From an uncultured delta proteobacterium (GTDB lineage: Bacteria > Myxococcota_A > Polyangia > Polyangiales > JAFGIB01), in NCBI GenBank assembly GCA_963778655.1, contig CAVZVA010000001.1, positions 25,016 through 89,015 of the forward strand: a DNA stretch of 64,000 nt. Reading direction: 5' to 3'. Positions 34,393 through 46,797 of the stretch are shown in pieces (the stretch's first letter is position 1; each line of letters starts with the position of its first letter). Made by a program: the position numbers and the translations under genes. Under the pieces are notes generated by a model. It was given only the letters and a program-made list of their open reading frames with translations, ran no database searches and was not told the origin of the DNA.

Positions 34393-35715
34393 CTACAACA
34401 GCTCCGTGGCGCGCTCAGCGAGCTCGCTGCGCTCGCCCTTGAACAACGTGATGTGGCCGGCGATCGGCTCGCTCTTGAAGCGCTCGGCGACCGTCGTCAG
34501 CCCGTTGCTGGCGGCGTCGACATAGGGATTGTCGATCTGGTCGGGATCACCGGTGAGCACGATCTTGGTGTCGGTGCCGCAACGGGTGATGATGGTCTTG
34601 ACCTCGTGGGGCGTCAGGTTCTGCGCCTCGTCCACGATCAAGAACTGGTTGGGCAGGGTGCGTCCGCGGATGTAGGTCAACGGCTCGACCTGGATGGTGC
34701 CCGCGCCCAGCAGCTCCTCGTAGCTGCGGCCGGCGTCGAAGCGCCCACCGCCGGTGGTGAAGATGTACTCGAGGTTGTCGAAGATGGGGCGCATCCAGGG
34801 ATTGAGCTTCTCTTCGATCGTGCCCGGGAGATAGCCCACGTCGCGGCCGAGCGGCATGATCGGGCGCGACACCAGCAGCCGCGCGTAGGCGCCCTCGGTC
34901 AGCACCTTCTGCAGGCCGGTAGCAAGCGCCATCAGCGTCTTGCCGGTGCCGGCGCGGCCGACCAGCGTCACCAGCCGCACCGAGTCGTCGAGCAGCAGGT
35001 CGCAGGCGAAGGCCTGTTCGGTGTTGCGCGGCCGCACGCCCCAGATGCCGTCGCGGCCCAGGCGTAGGGGTGTGATCTGCTGGCTGCGCTGGTCGAAGCG
35101 ACCGAGCACGGTGTGCTTGTCGTTGCCAAGGTCGCGCAGGACGACGGAGGCGTTGCTGTACAGCTCCGAGGTGTCGCCGAGCTCGGAGATCGGCACAGGC
35201 TTGCGCTTGCCGAGCTGGTCGACGCTCGCGCCGCTGGCGCCGATCGACAGCACCCCGTTGTAGAGCGAGTCGGCCCGGATGCGGCCGCCCTCGTAGTTTT
35301 CCGCGCGCAGGCCCAGCGCATCGGCCCGGATGCGCAGGTTGCTGTCCATGGTGACGAAGATCGTGGGCCGGTCGGCATTGCGGTCGCGCTCGGCCAGCGC
35401 GGAGGCGAGGATCTTGTGGTCGGCCGAGCGCCCGTTGCTCTCGGCCAGGATGTCCTCGGAGGCGGCCACCCGCAGCTGTCCGCCGCTCGGCAGCGACACG
35501 CCCTGCTGTAACGAGTACTCGGCGCGCTCGCGCAGCTCGTCGATGAAGCGCGCGAGCATGCGGGCGTTGCGCCCGAGCTCGTTCATGTCGCGCTTGAAGT
35601 GATCGATCTCCTCGATCACGTAGATCGGGAGCACGACTTCGTTGTCTTCGAATTTGAAGATCGCACGCGGGTCGTGCAGCAGCACGTTGGTGTCGAGCAC
35701 GTAGACCTTGCGCAC
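34393..35715 (-). CDS. PIN-PhoH fusion protein (PhoH2/YlaK type)
   Basis: PIN: YVLDTNVLLHDP...VIEEID..K...GRNAR, D.NLRIRA; PhoH: GRAGTGKT, GYLPG..EEK..PW, RGRTL, DEAQNLT, GDPDQID, RSELA. Confidence 0.95.
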   Translation of the reverse strand: MRKVYVLDTNVLLHDPRAIFKFEDNEVVLPIYVIEEIDHFKRDMNELGRNARMLARFIDELRERAEYSLQQGVSLPSGGQLRVAASEDILAESNGRSADHKILASALAERDRNADRPTIFVTMDSNLRIRADALGLRAENYEGGRIRADSLYNGVLSIGASGASVDQLGKRKPVPISELGDTSELYSNASVVLRDLGNDKHTVLGRFDQRSQQITPLRLGRDGIWGVRPRNTEQAFACDLLLDDSVRLVTLVGRAGTGKTLMALATGLQKVLTEGAYARLLVSRPIMPLGRDVGYLPGTIEEKLNPWMRPIFDNLEYIFTTGGGRFDAGRSYEELLGAGTIQVEPLTYIRGRTLPNQFLIVDEAQNLTPHEVKTIITRCGTDTKIVLTGDPDQIDNPYVDAASNGLTTVAERFKSEPIAGHITLFKGERSELAERATELL

Positions 35716-35723
35716 TGACAGCG

Positions 35724-35871
35724 AAGGTAGCACAGTCCGAGCGCGCCGGGCGTGGAGTCGACAGGAGTCGACAAAGGCAAGCCGGGGCTCTTCGGCCTCG
35801 GGCACGCGCTGGACGAGCCGGGCGGCGGCGCGGCGGAAACTGCTGCTAGCCCGGCCCGGGGATGCTACCCT
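35724..35871. promoter_or_regulatory. Divergent extended -10 elements for phoH (-) and prkA (+)
   Basis: TGCTACCTT on - (35732-35724, 8 nt before GTG 35715) and TGCTACCCT on + (35863-35871); both fit TGn-TAnnnT. Confidence 0.45.
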
Positions 35872-35912
35872 ATTCGCATCTGCGCCTGGGCACCCGGCGC
35901 GGCGAGGTGGAC

Positions 35913-37985
<2,073 letters not shown>

Positions 37986-38013
37986 GGCCTTTCGGGTTGC
38001 GCGGAGCCGGGCG

Positions 38014-38109
38014 GCCAAGCGTGGCCTTGCCCGCTGTCGCTTGGCACGCGCAAGAGCCCCCGCCCAACCCCCCGCCCCCACGAGGCCTCAGGTCGTGCAT
38101 GGGCCCTGA
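38014..38109 (+). repeat. Structured repeat, copy 1 (right-arm portion)
   Basis: 96 bp, 90/96 ungapped identity to 39245-39340; hairpin GCCAAGCG...CGCTTGGC, then CCCCCGCCCAACCCCCCGCCCCC. Confidence 0.92.
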
Positions 38110-38314
38110 TCGAGGTGCGCTGCGAGCCGCAAGGGCCGCCCTGCGCGTGGCACGCCGGATCGAGCTCCAAGCCGGGAATGACCCTGGCGCCAGCGAGGCC
38201 CAGGCCGAGCTCCCGGTCGCGGTGCGCGCTGGACAAGGCGATCGACTCCGCGAAGGATCCGGCACGCGGCCAGTGGGGCCGGGTCGGCCTGGCCAGGAAG
38301 GCGAGTAGGAAGGG

Positions 38315-39070
38315 ATGCAAGACGGCACGCAGTGGTGGCAAACGTTCTTCAGCGGCTCGTGGGGACGCCTGCAGGCGCTCGGGTACCCGGTCGAACGCAC
38401 GGCCAAGGAGGTGGACTTCATCGTCGACGTGCTTGGTCTCGTCCCCGAGGAGAGTGTGCTGGATGTCCCGTGCGGCATCGGTCGGCATGCCATCGAGCTG
38501 GCGAAGCGCGGCGTTCGGGTCACGGGCGTGGACCTGAATCCGGAAGCGCTGCGGATCGCACGCCAGGACGCTGCGGCCGCGGCAGTCGACGTCGACGCGG
38601 TCGAGAGGGACATGCGGGATCTGCAATGGTCGGCGCGGTTCGACGCCGCGATCTGCTTCTTCGGCAGCTTCGGATACTTCGACGACTCCGACAACCTGCG
38701 CTTCGTGCAACGCGTGGCAGAAGCGCTGAAGCCCGGCGGCCGCTTCGTGATCGACACCCACGTGATGGAATCGTTGTTCCCGGTGTTCCGCGGCAAGAGT
38801 TGGAGTCGCACCGAGACCCCATCGGGCAGCATGCTGGTGCTCGAGGATTGCGGCTGGAACTACGAGGCGCGCCGCGTGGAGACGAGCTGGACGTTCATCG
38901 GACCAAACGGCGTCGATACGAGCGCCAGCTCCATCCGAATCTACGCGTACGGTGAGCTGTGCGAGCTGCTGCGCGCCGCGGGCTTTCGGCAGCTCGAGGG
39001 GCGAGAAACCGGAACCGGGGAAGCGTTTCGCCTCGGCTCGAAGCGGCTGAGCCTGGTCGCCCGCCTGTAA
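38315..39070 (+). CDS. Class I SAM-dependent methyltransferase
   Basis: VLDVPCGIGRH, VTGVD, DMRDL, FGSFGYF, LKPGGRF, IRIYAY.EL..LL..AGF. Confidence 0.92.
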   Translation: MQDGTQWWQTFFSGSWGRLQALGYPVERTAKEVDFIVDVLGLVPEESVLDVPCGIGRHAIELAKRGVRVTGVDLNPEALRIARQDAAAAAVDVDAVERDMRDLQWSARFDAAICFFGSFGYFDDSDNLRFVQRVAEALKPGGRFVIDTHVMESLFPVFRGKSWSRTETPSGSMLVLEDCGWNYEARRVETSWTFIGPNGVDTSASSIRIYAYGELCELLRAAGFRQLEGRETGTGEAFRLGSKRLSLVARL

Positions 39071-39125
39071 GCGCAGCGGGCCGGCGAGTCGGAAGCCGCA
39101 CGCCGGAAAACGTCATCGGTCTCGC

Positions 39126-39340
39126 GCCAAGGGACGGCCTCGCGGGGGCGGGGGGCCGGGCGGGGGCACGGGCGGCTTGCATACTGCGGCGGCCCCGTCC
39201 CCTGCGTCGCCACCCACGCCGCGCAAGCCGCCCTTACTGCGCGCGCCAAGCGTGGCCCTGCCCGCTGTCGCTTGGCACGCGCAGAAGCCCCCGCCCAACC
39301 CCCCGCCCCCACGTGGCCTCAGGTCGTGCCTTGGCCCTGA
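39126..39340. repeat. Structured repeat, copy 2 (apparently full length, about 215 bp, inverted left arm plus right arm)
   Basis: Left arm 39126-39167 pairs with right arm 39287-39335; inner stems GGGCGGCTTGC (39170-39180)/GCAAGCCGCCC (39223-39233) and GCGCGCGCCAAGCG/CGCTTGGCACGCGC. Confidence 0.9.
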
Positions 39341-41131
39341 GCCCGGGCGGCCCGCGCGCGAGCGGCCGTCCGCATGGCCTGGTACTGTGCGTTGCCCTTG
39401 AGAGCTTCAACCGGAGGGCCACCGAAAAGATCCACGATCGTGTCCCAATGATCGCCAAACCAACGCTTGCCTAGCGCCACGTCGACCTGCCAGGGCCCGG
39501 AGATGTCGGGGCCTGCGGGTTTTGTAGCGAACTGGGCTAACTGCGGCAAAATCGCCAGTCGGTTGCGGAGTGCCGCGTCAAGCAGGGTAGGGACAAAATC
39601 ATGCCAACCGGTGGGTGGGGTCTCAACCGCCTCGCTTCGGTCAACTCGCGAGAGTTCTAGGAGGAACTGATGCGGCAAGTCGTCCAAACGCTTCGCCAAT
39701 AGCTCATCCACACCTTGATACGATCTCGCAAAGCATCTCCAGCCGTGCCGCCGAAGGTCCTGTGCCTGAGACGCAGCGAGAGGCAAGTTGGTAGTCCCCC
39801 GCAGAACGGAGCGGAGGAGGCCAAGATTTTGCTCGACCGCTCGGTCCACAAGCCCCTTGATCAATTCTGTAAGGCGATCGGGCTCGACAGGGCGCCGGTT
39901 CAGAAGCTCAAACGCCTCATACAGACCGGGCGGCTGCTTGTCGCCGCGTTCCAGAGCATCCAGTGGCCAGCTCGACGGGCTCTCAGGAAGTCGCTGATCG
40001 AACACGCGTAGCAGCAAATCACAGCGATCGTCGTCGTTCAGGGAGCCCGAAAAGTGGGCGATAGTCGGTGAGTGACGTGTGTGAGCAAGCAACTTCGATA
40101 GCGCTTCAAGATCGTGCCCTCGAGTCAGCTTGAGCACATGCTGATCTCCGTCCTCTTCACGGATCTTCGGCACGGCCTGAAACCGCTGCCAATAGTCCGC
40201 GTTGTCGCGCGGCGGCTGGGCGAGGCCTTGGAGCTTGTCGCGCGGTGGCTCCCGGTGCGTACCGACTTCAGCCTGCGTTTGAACGCGTCCGAACACCTGC
40301 TCGAGCACGAAGTTCACGGCGGCCCCGCGAGCGGGGTCATCCCGCTGCTGGCGCTCTCCCCACTGGGCGAGCCAGGTTTCAAATGAGGAGCCCCGCACAC
40401 CTTGCTTGGGCAACTTGCGATTGAGCTGAAATCGACCTTTGTCACCCCCGCGTAGGCTCTCAATGTTGATTTCGACCTGAGCAAAGACCTCGGGCTCGCC
40501 GACTCGTAAGGCACCCATCAAGAGGACGTCGTCCAGGTCGATCTCGCCGCGCAGGTTCGACCACACCTCGTCGCTTCGTCGGAGGAAATGCTTCAGCAAG
40601 CGCGGCGTCCCGCACAATGCGGCGATCGCATCACTTCGGGTCCTGGGCCGTCGCGGGTCAGCCAGCCCGATTGACCGCAAGGCATTCCAGCACACTTTCT
40701 TGAACAGCTCGGACTGCGAGAGATCGATAAAGTCCCCTTCGCATCGACAGCAGCGCTCGAAGCGCCCCATGATGTCGTGGACCTGCTCGGGATTCAGCCG
40801 GGGCACGTGCTCGACGTAGTCCGCGATCTTCTCGACGTCGAAGCGCGCATCTAGCGTCTTCGAAGCTCCAGAAATGGAGTGTGCCCCAGAACGCGCCTGA
40901 GCGGCCCCAGGACGCTCGCGCCAAGGCTCCGCCGAGCAGCGCTGCAAATCCGTAGCTCGCCCAGGGGCCGAGCCGCAGAGCCTGACTCCAGTCGGCAAGC
41001 ACAACGGCTGCCCACGGTATCGCCAGCCACACCACCACGCCCGCGATCAAGCCGTAGCCGAGCACCCGCAGCCATCGTTCGCAAGTCGCCCGACGCCGAC
41101 GCTTCTCATGCTCATCCCGCCCCTGACGCAT
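39319..41131 (-). pseudogene. KAP-family P-loop NTPase remnant with the NTPase core deleted
   Basis: N-terminal TM segments (ORF 40658..41251) join out of frame at ~40864 to FDVEKIADY..P.L...TPRLLKHFLR...W..LRGEIDLDDVLL..LRV.EP (ORF 39319..41004), typical of post-Walker-B KAP regions; no Walker A/B; lower GC. Confidence 0.6.
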
Positions 41132-41266
41132 GCCGCAATCGTGTGTTTCATCGCGGACGGTCGCCGTCAAGCAAGGATCTGAGCTCGGGGCCTGGCCGAG
41201 ACGGCAGGCGCGCGTGGTTCGCGGCGAGCCGCGACTGATGGGTTGCGTCACGTCGTCCGCGCGGGA

Positions 41267-41386
41267 TCAGGGAAACGGCACCGCGCGAGGCCATGCGGGG
41301 GCGGGAGGCCGGGCGGGGACTTCTGCGCGTGACAAGCGACTGCGCGCACCGCCACGCTTGGCGCGCGCAACAAGGGCGCCTTGCGC
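41267..41386 (-). repeat. Structured repeat, copy 3 (inverted)
   Basis: Reverse complement aligns ungapped to 39221-39340 with 99/120 identity; the hairpin stem is largely conserved and its loop diverged. Confidence 0.9.
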
Positions 41387-41442
41387 GGACCCAGGCCTGG
41401 CCCGGTTGACTTTCCATGCCGGCGCGCGTGATGTGGACCCGC

Positions 41443-42312
41443 ATGAAACGCAAGTATCCCACCACACCGATGTGCGACGGTGAGCTGCTCGAGCGGTTCG
41501 AGCCGACCGTGCGCGACAGCGACGTCTTCGTCGTCACCACCGCGAAGTGCGGCCAGACCTGGCTCCAAGCACTGCTCTTCCATCTCAAGACCCGGGGCCG
41601 CGAGCCGGACCTGCGTGGGGTCGGCCTGCACGGCGTGTCGCCATGGCTCGAGCTGCCGGCGAGCGCCGGCTTCGGGGTGCAGGCTCCGGACCGCGACGCC
41701 CGCCTCGCGGAGCTGGAGGCGCTCGACGACCCGCGCATCTTCAAGCTGCACGTGGTCTACGACGAGATCCCGCGCCCCGCCGGCTCGAAGGCTCGCATCG
41801 TCACAATAACCCGGGACCCGCGCGACGTCCCGTACTCGATGTTCGAGCATCTCCAGTCGATGCAATTCGCAGAGGGCGAAGCCCCGCCCTCCGACTTCGA
41901 CCTGTACTTCGAACGCTGGCTGGAGCGCGGCCTCTATTACGAGATCGTGGCGAGCTTCTGGCCCCACAAGCACGACCCGGATCTGCTCTGGCTTCGCTAT
42001 GAGGACCTGCACCGGGATCTCGACCGCGAAGCGCGCCGCATCGTCGAATTCCTCGGCTGGGAGGTGAGCGACAGCGATCGCGCCCGCGTGTTGCCGCTGG
42101 TCGACTTCGCCCGCATGCGCGGCCATGAGAAGACCGAGATCTTCGTTCAGCGCGGTGGCCGCTGGAAGGACGACAAGCAGTTCTTCCGTGAGGGCGCCGT
42201 CGGAAAGAACCGCGCCCGCCTCAGCCCCGATCAGGAGCGCCGCGTGCTTGCGCGCCTGCGCGAGGCCCTCCCAGCAGAGGCATGCGACTTCTTGCTGGCG
42301 CTGGGCGGGTGA
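41443..42312 (+). CDS. PAPS-dependent sulfotransferase (Sulfotransfer_1 family)
   Basis: 5'PSB-like DVFVVTTAKCGQTWL, PWLE, PRIFKLH, 3'PB RDPRDVPYS, RYEDL, FFREGAVG. Confidence 0.9.
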   Translation: MKRKYPTTPMCDGELLERFEPTVRDSDVFVVTTAKCGQTWLQALLFHLKTRGREPDLRGVGLHGVSPWLELPASAGFGVQAPDRDARLAELEALDDPRIFKLHVVYDEIPRPAGSKARIVTITRDPRDVPYSMFEHLQSMQFAEGEAPPSDFDLYFERWLERGLYYEIVASFWPHKHDPDLLWLRYEDLHRDLDREARRIVEFLGWEVSDSDRARVLPLVDFARMRGHEKTEIFVQRGGRWKDDKQFFREGAVGKNRARLSPDQERRVLARLREALPAEACDFLLALGG

Positions 42313-42438
42313 GCGCCTGCACGGCCGATCACGGTCACAGCTGCGAACCACGACCAGCGGCGGGACGGGCTGGCGGGCGCGGGTCCGTGGCGTGCTCGCG
42401 TCAGAACGCGAGCTCGAACCGCACGCGAGCCCCGCCGC

Positions 42439-42867
42439 TCAGGCCCGGATCTCCGCGCCTGGAACCGTGACGTCGTCATCGAAGATCGGCTCCAGCGCGA
42501 ACGTCAGGTCCGTCACCCGCAGCTTGCGCGCGGCGAAGCGCGTCGCCAGCATCTGGCGCACGGTCGCCGCGTCGAAGTCGCGGCACGAGTACACGTCCAT
42601 CACGAACAGCGAGCGCAGCGGCCAGGTGTGAATCGCGCAGTGCGACGTCGACAGCACCACGATGCCCGTCACCCCGCCCTCGTCCTCGAAAGGCTCCACC
42701 CCGAGCTTCTCGATCTCCTCTTCCACCTCGAAGGTGTGCGGCGCTCCCAGAGGCCGCATCCCCAGCGCCTCCACCAGATCCGTCAAGAACGCCCGCATCC
42801 CATCCACGCTGCGCAGCGCGTCCGGAGACCCCATCCCCACTACCTTGATGTGCCGCCCGTGTTCCAT
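42439..42867 (-). CDS. speD: S-adenosylmethionine decarboxylase proenzyme-like (pyruvoyl) protein
   Basis: GRH, GGVTGIVVLSTSHCAIHTWP, DVYSC; RBS GGAGGG. The cleavage site reads T-S-H instead of E-S-H. Confidence 0.75.
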   Translation of the reverse strand: MEHGRHIKVVGMGSPDALRSVDGMRAFLTDLVEALGMRPLGAPHTFEVEEEIEKLGVEPFEDEGGVTGIVVLSTSHCAIHTWPLRSLFVMDVYSCRDFDAATVRQMLATRFAARKLRVTDLTFALEPIFDDDVTVPGAEIRA

Positions 42868-42941
42868 GTCGCCACCCTCCCGGTCGACCGCTCTCGACCG
42901 CTGAGGCCACAACACCAAACCTGTCCGCGCACGGGCGGCGC

Positions 42942-42970
42942 AACCTACGGTCGCGCAACCCCTCTGTCAA
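42942..42970 (-). promoter_or_regulatory. Sigma70-type promoter for the speD-like gene
   Basis: TTGACA (42970-42965)-N17-TAGGTT (42947-42942). Confidence 0.65.
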
Positions 42971-43165
42971 ACGGTTTCGTCGTGGATTGTGGCCCCGCTG
43001 TCAAGCTTTTTGACCCCGCCGTGCTCAAACGGGTCGGTCCGCGTGTGCAGGCGCTCTTCCGCCGCCGGCCCTCGCCCGGCCTGTGCTCCGATCGCCGCCG
43101 CCGCGCTGCAGCGCTCCTCGCACGGCGCTGGCTCCCTTGCGCAAACGAAAGTACAGTTAATCAGC

Positions 43166-44272
<1,107 letters not shown>

Positions 44273-44325
44273 GCATTCGAACCAAGAAGGCGATAGTGGC
44301 AACGAGTGAGCAATCGAGTCAGGAG

Positions 44326-44428
44326 GAGGGACGCGAGCCGACGGCTCGGGGGGAGCTCTCTCCCCACGCGTGGAGAGGGGCCCCCGCGAATTCACTTCGC
44401 GGGGGAGGGGCGGCGCGTGCCGTCCCTC
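44326..44428. repeat. Multi-hairpin palindromic spacer between yeaH and spoVR
   Basis: Outer GAGGGACG/CGTCCCTC enclosing CGAGCC/GGCTCG, CTCTCC/GGAGAG and CCCCCGCGAA/TTCGCGGGGG stems. Confidence 0.55.
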
Positions 44429-44438
44429 GGGACTAGAG

Positions 44439-45983
44439 ATGGCCCAGTACGCGCTCAAGACCGCCCTGCCCGCCTATCTGCTCGATGAGCAGCAGCGCAT
44501 CGCCGAGCACGCGCGCGCCTACGGGCTCGACTTCTTTCCAGTGCTGTTCGAGGTCCTGCCCTACGACCACATGAACGAGGTGGCGGCCTACGGCGGCTTT
44601 CCCAGTCGCTATCCACACTGGCGCTTCGGCATGGCCTACGAGCAGCTCAGCAAGAGCGCCGAGTACGGGCTGGCGACCATTTACGAGATGGTGATCAACA
44701 ACAACCCCGCGGTCGCCTATCTGCTCGAGGGCAACAGCCTCGTCGATCAGAAGATCGTGATGGCCCACGTCTACGCACACGTGGACTTCTTCAAGAACAA
44801 CTTCGCCTTCCGCGCCACCGACCAGGGCAAGGACCCGGAGACCTCGAGCCCGATCCGCAAGTGGATCGACACCATGGCCAACCACGGCGCGGTGGTGCGG
44901 CGCTGGGCCAACCGCGTCGGCATCGACAAGGTCGAGGCCTTCATCGACGACTGCCTCAGCCTCGAGAACCTGATCGACCCCAACCGCCAGTTCCTGCGCA
45001 CCAAGCCGGCGCCCAAGACCACCGAGGAAGAACGGCTCGACGCCGAGGAGCCCGCGCCCGAGATCCCCCGGCTCAAGGTCGACCGCGAGTACATGGAGGA
45101 CTACATCAACCCCGAGTCGTTCCTCGAGGAGCAGAAGAAGAAGCTCGCCGAGGAAAAGCAAAAGCAGAAGCGCGTCCCGGAGGAGCCGGACCGGGACGTG
45201 ATGGGCTTTCTGCTCGCCCACGCGCGGCTAGAGCCGTGGGAACGCGACGTGCTCGCGGTGATCCGGCGCGAGGCCTACTACTTCGCGCCGCAGGCCCAGA
45301 CCAAGATCATGAACGAGGGCTGGGCCACTTACTGGCACTCGAAGATCCTGACCGAGCGCGTGGCCAAGGGCTCAGAGATCATCGACTACGCCGACCGCTG
45401 TGCCGGCGTGCTGGCGACCTCTCCGCGCCAGCTCAATCCCTACAAGCTCGGCGTCGAGCTGTTCCGCAACATCGAGGATCGCTGGAACAAGGGGCAGTTC
45501 GGCAAGGAGTGGGAGGAGTGCGACGACCTGCAGCTGCGCCAGGGCTGGGACCGGCGGCTGGGTGAAGGCCGCCGCAAGATCTTCGAGGTGCGCGCGCTCT
45601 ACAATGACGTCACCTTCATCGACGAGTTCCTCACGCTCGACTTCGTCCGCGACCAGAAGCTGCTCACGTTCGGTTACAACCCGAAGAACGATCGCTGGGA
45701 GGTCGAGTCGCGCGCTTTCGAGGCGGTCAAACAGAAGCTGCTGTTCTCGCTGACCAACGCCGGCAACCCCCTGATCTACGTCGAGGACTCCAACTTCGAG
45801 AACCGCGGCGAGCTACTGCTGTGGCACGACCATCAGGGCGTGGACCTCAAGCAGGACTATGCCAACGCCGTGCTCGAAGCGCTGCAGCGCATCTGGCGCC
45901 GTCCGGTGGCGATCCGCACCATGGTCGAGGACAAGAACGCCCTGCTGCGCTACGACGGCAAAGAGCACGCCAGCACGAGCTGA
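44439..45983 (+). CDS. spoVR: SpoVR family protein (YcgB)
   Basis: [70 protein letters not shown]. Confidence 0.96.
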   Translation: MAQYALKTALPAYLLDEQQRIAEHARAYGLDFFPVLFEVLPYDHMNEVAAYGGFPSRYPHWRFGMAYEQLSKSAEYGLATIYEMVINNNPAVAYLLEGNSLVDQKIVMAHVYAHVDFFKNNFAFRATDQGKDPETSSPIRKWIDTMANHGAVVRRWANRVGIDKVEAFIDDCLSLENLIDPNRQFLRTKPAPKTTEEERLDAEEPAPEIPRLKVDREYMEDYINPESFLEEQKKKLAEEKQKQKRVPEEPDRDVMGFLLAHARLEPWERDVLAVIRREAYYFAPQAQTKIMNEGWATYWHSKILTERVAKGSEIIDYADRCAGVLATSPRQLNPYKLGVELFRNIEDRWNKGQFGKEWEECDDLQLRQGWDRRLGEGRRKIFEVRALYNDVTFIDEFLTLDFVRDQKLLTFGYNPKNDRWEVESRAFEAVKQKLLFSLTNAGNPLIYVEDSNFENRGELLLWHDHQGVDLKQDYANAVLEALQRIWRRPVAIRTMVEDKNALLRYDGKEHASTS

Positions 45984-46050
45984 GCCCTCGCAGCTGGCGG
46001 CGCGCTCAGGACCGAGCGTGCCAGGGCCCTCGAATAGAAGGCAAGGCCCG

Positions 46051-46118
46051 TTCCCGTTCAGGAGCGAGCAGGTCCGGGGCGGGGACGTGAGCCGCTCCTG
46101 GACGGTTCTGAACGGGAA
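46051..46118. terminator. Inverted repeat between convergent spoVR and lipoprotein genes
   Basis: TTCCCGTTCAG (46051-46061)/CTGAACGGGAA (46108-46118); alternative stem CCGTTCAGGAGCG/CGCTCCTGGACGG. Confidence 0.4.
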
Positions 46119-46124
46119 AGACAG

Positions 46125-46682
46125 CTACAGCGGGCAGCCGTGGATCTCGAAGCTCACCGGATCCATCGTGCCCGGGTCCACCAAGTGGCGGGTGAGCGTA
46201 GAGTCGTTGTGGTTCGGGATCGCGTTGCACAGCACCGTGCCCTTGATCACCCCGTTCTTGAGCTTGAGCTTGAGCTGGCACGGCCAATCGGAGCTCGGAT
46301 CCCCGGAGCTGCACGGTCCGTCGTAGGTGTTGCTGCCTTCGACCACCTCGGTATGACAGCTCCCGCCCGGATCGGACTTGTCGACGTCCGCCTGGAAGAT
46401 CTTGAACGCGTAGCTCTTGCTCGGGTGCGTGGAATCGCTCACGCCCGCCGAAAACGTCACCAGGCGGTCCTTGCCCCGGCGGTCGACGTTGCAGGTCACG
46501 CTGTACCCGTTCTCGCCGTCGAGCGCGTTGATGGTGTGGGCGCTGTCGTCGGCGGCGCGCGGCTCGCAATCGATGCAGCGCAGCTGATAGCTGACGTCGA
46601 CGAATACGGGAGCCGGATCGCTGTTCACGCAAGCGAGCGGAAACGCGGCAAAACTCAGGCTGAGTAGAAGCAGGCGGCGCAT
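46125..46682 (-). CDS. Hypothetical Cys-containing lipoprotein
   Basis: MRRLLLLSLSFAAFPLAC lipobox; multiple Cys in the mature part; RBS GGAG. Confidence 0.7.
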   Translation of the reverse strand: MRRLLLLSLSFAAFPLACVNSDPAPVFVDVSYQLRCIDCEPRAADDSAHTINALDGENGYSVTCNVDRRGKDRLVTFSAGVSDSTHPSKSYAFKIFQADVDKSDPGGSCHTEVVEGSNTYDGPCSSGDPSSDWPCQLKLKLKNGVIKGTVLCNAIPNHNDSTLTRHLVDPGTMDPVSFEIHGCPL

Positions 46683-46797
46683 GGCTCACGCTCCGTGAAA
46701 TCAGCCCGCGAGCTTACCTGTCGAACACTCGGCAAGCAACGCCCGATGCGCGGCGTCCGCGGCGCGCCGATGTGAATGGAAGCATCGCACATCGGGG

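Noticed and set aside
38014..41386. Repeats as integron attC sites or CRISPR repeats
   Set aside because: No RYYYAAC/GTTRRRY cores, mixed orientation, no intI; repeats are about 100-215 bp and separated by whole genes; no cas genes.
41213..42352. 10-bp inverted match CGTGGTTCGC/GCGAACCACG flanking the sulfotransferase
   Set aside because: Short and not extendable; plausible by chance.
44326..44428. Cloverleaf considered as a tRNA
   Set aside because: No T-loop GTTCRA, no D-loop consensus, no CCA end.
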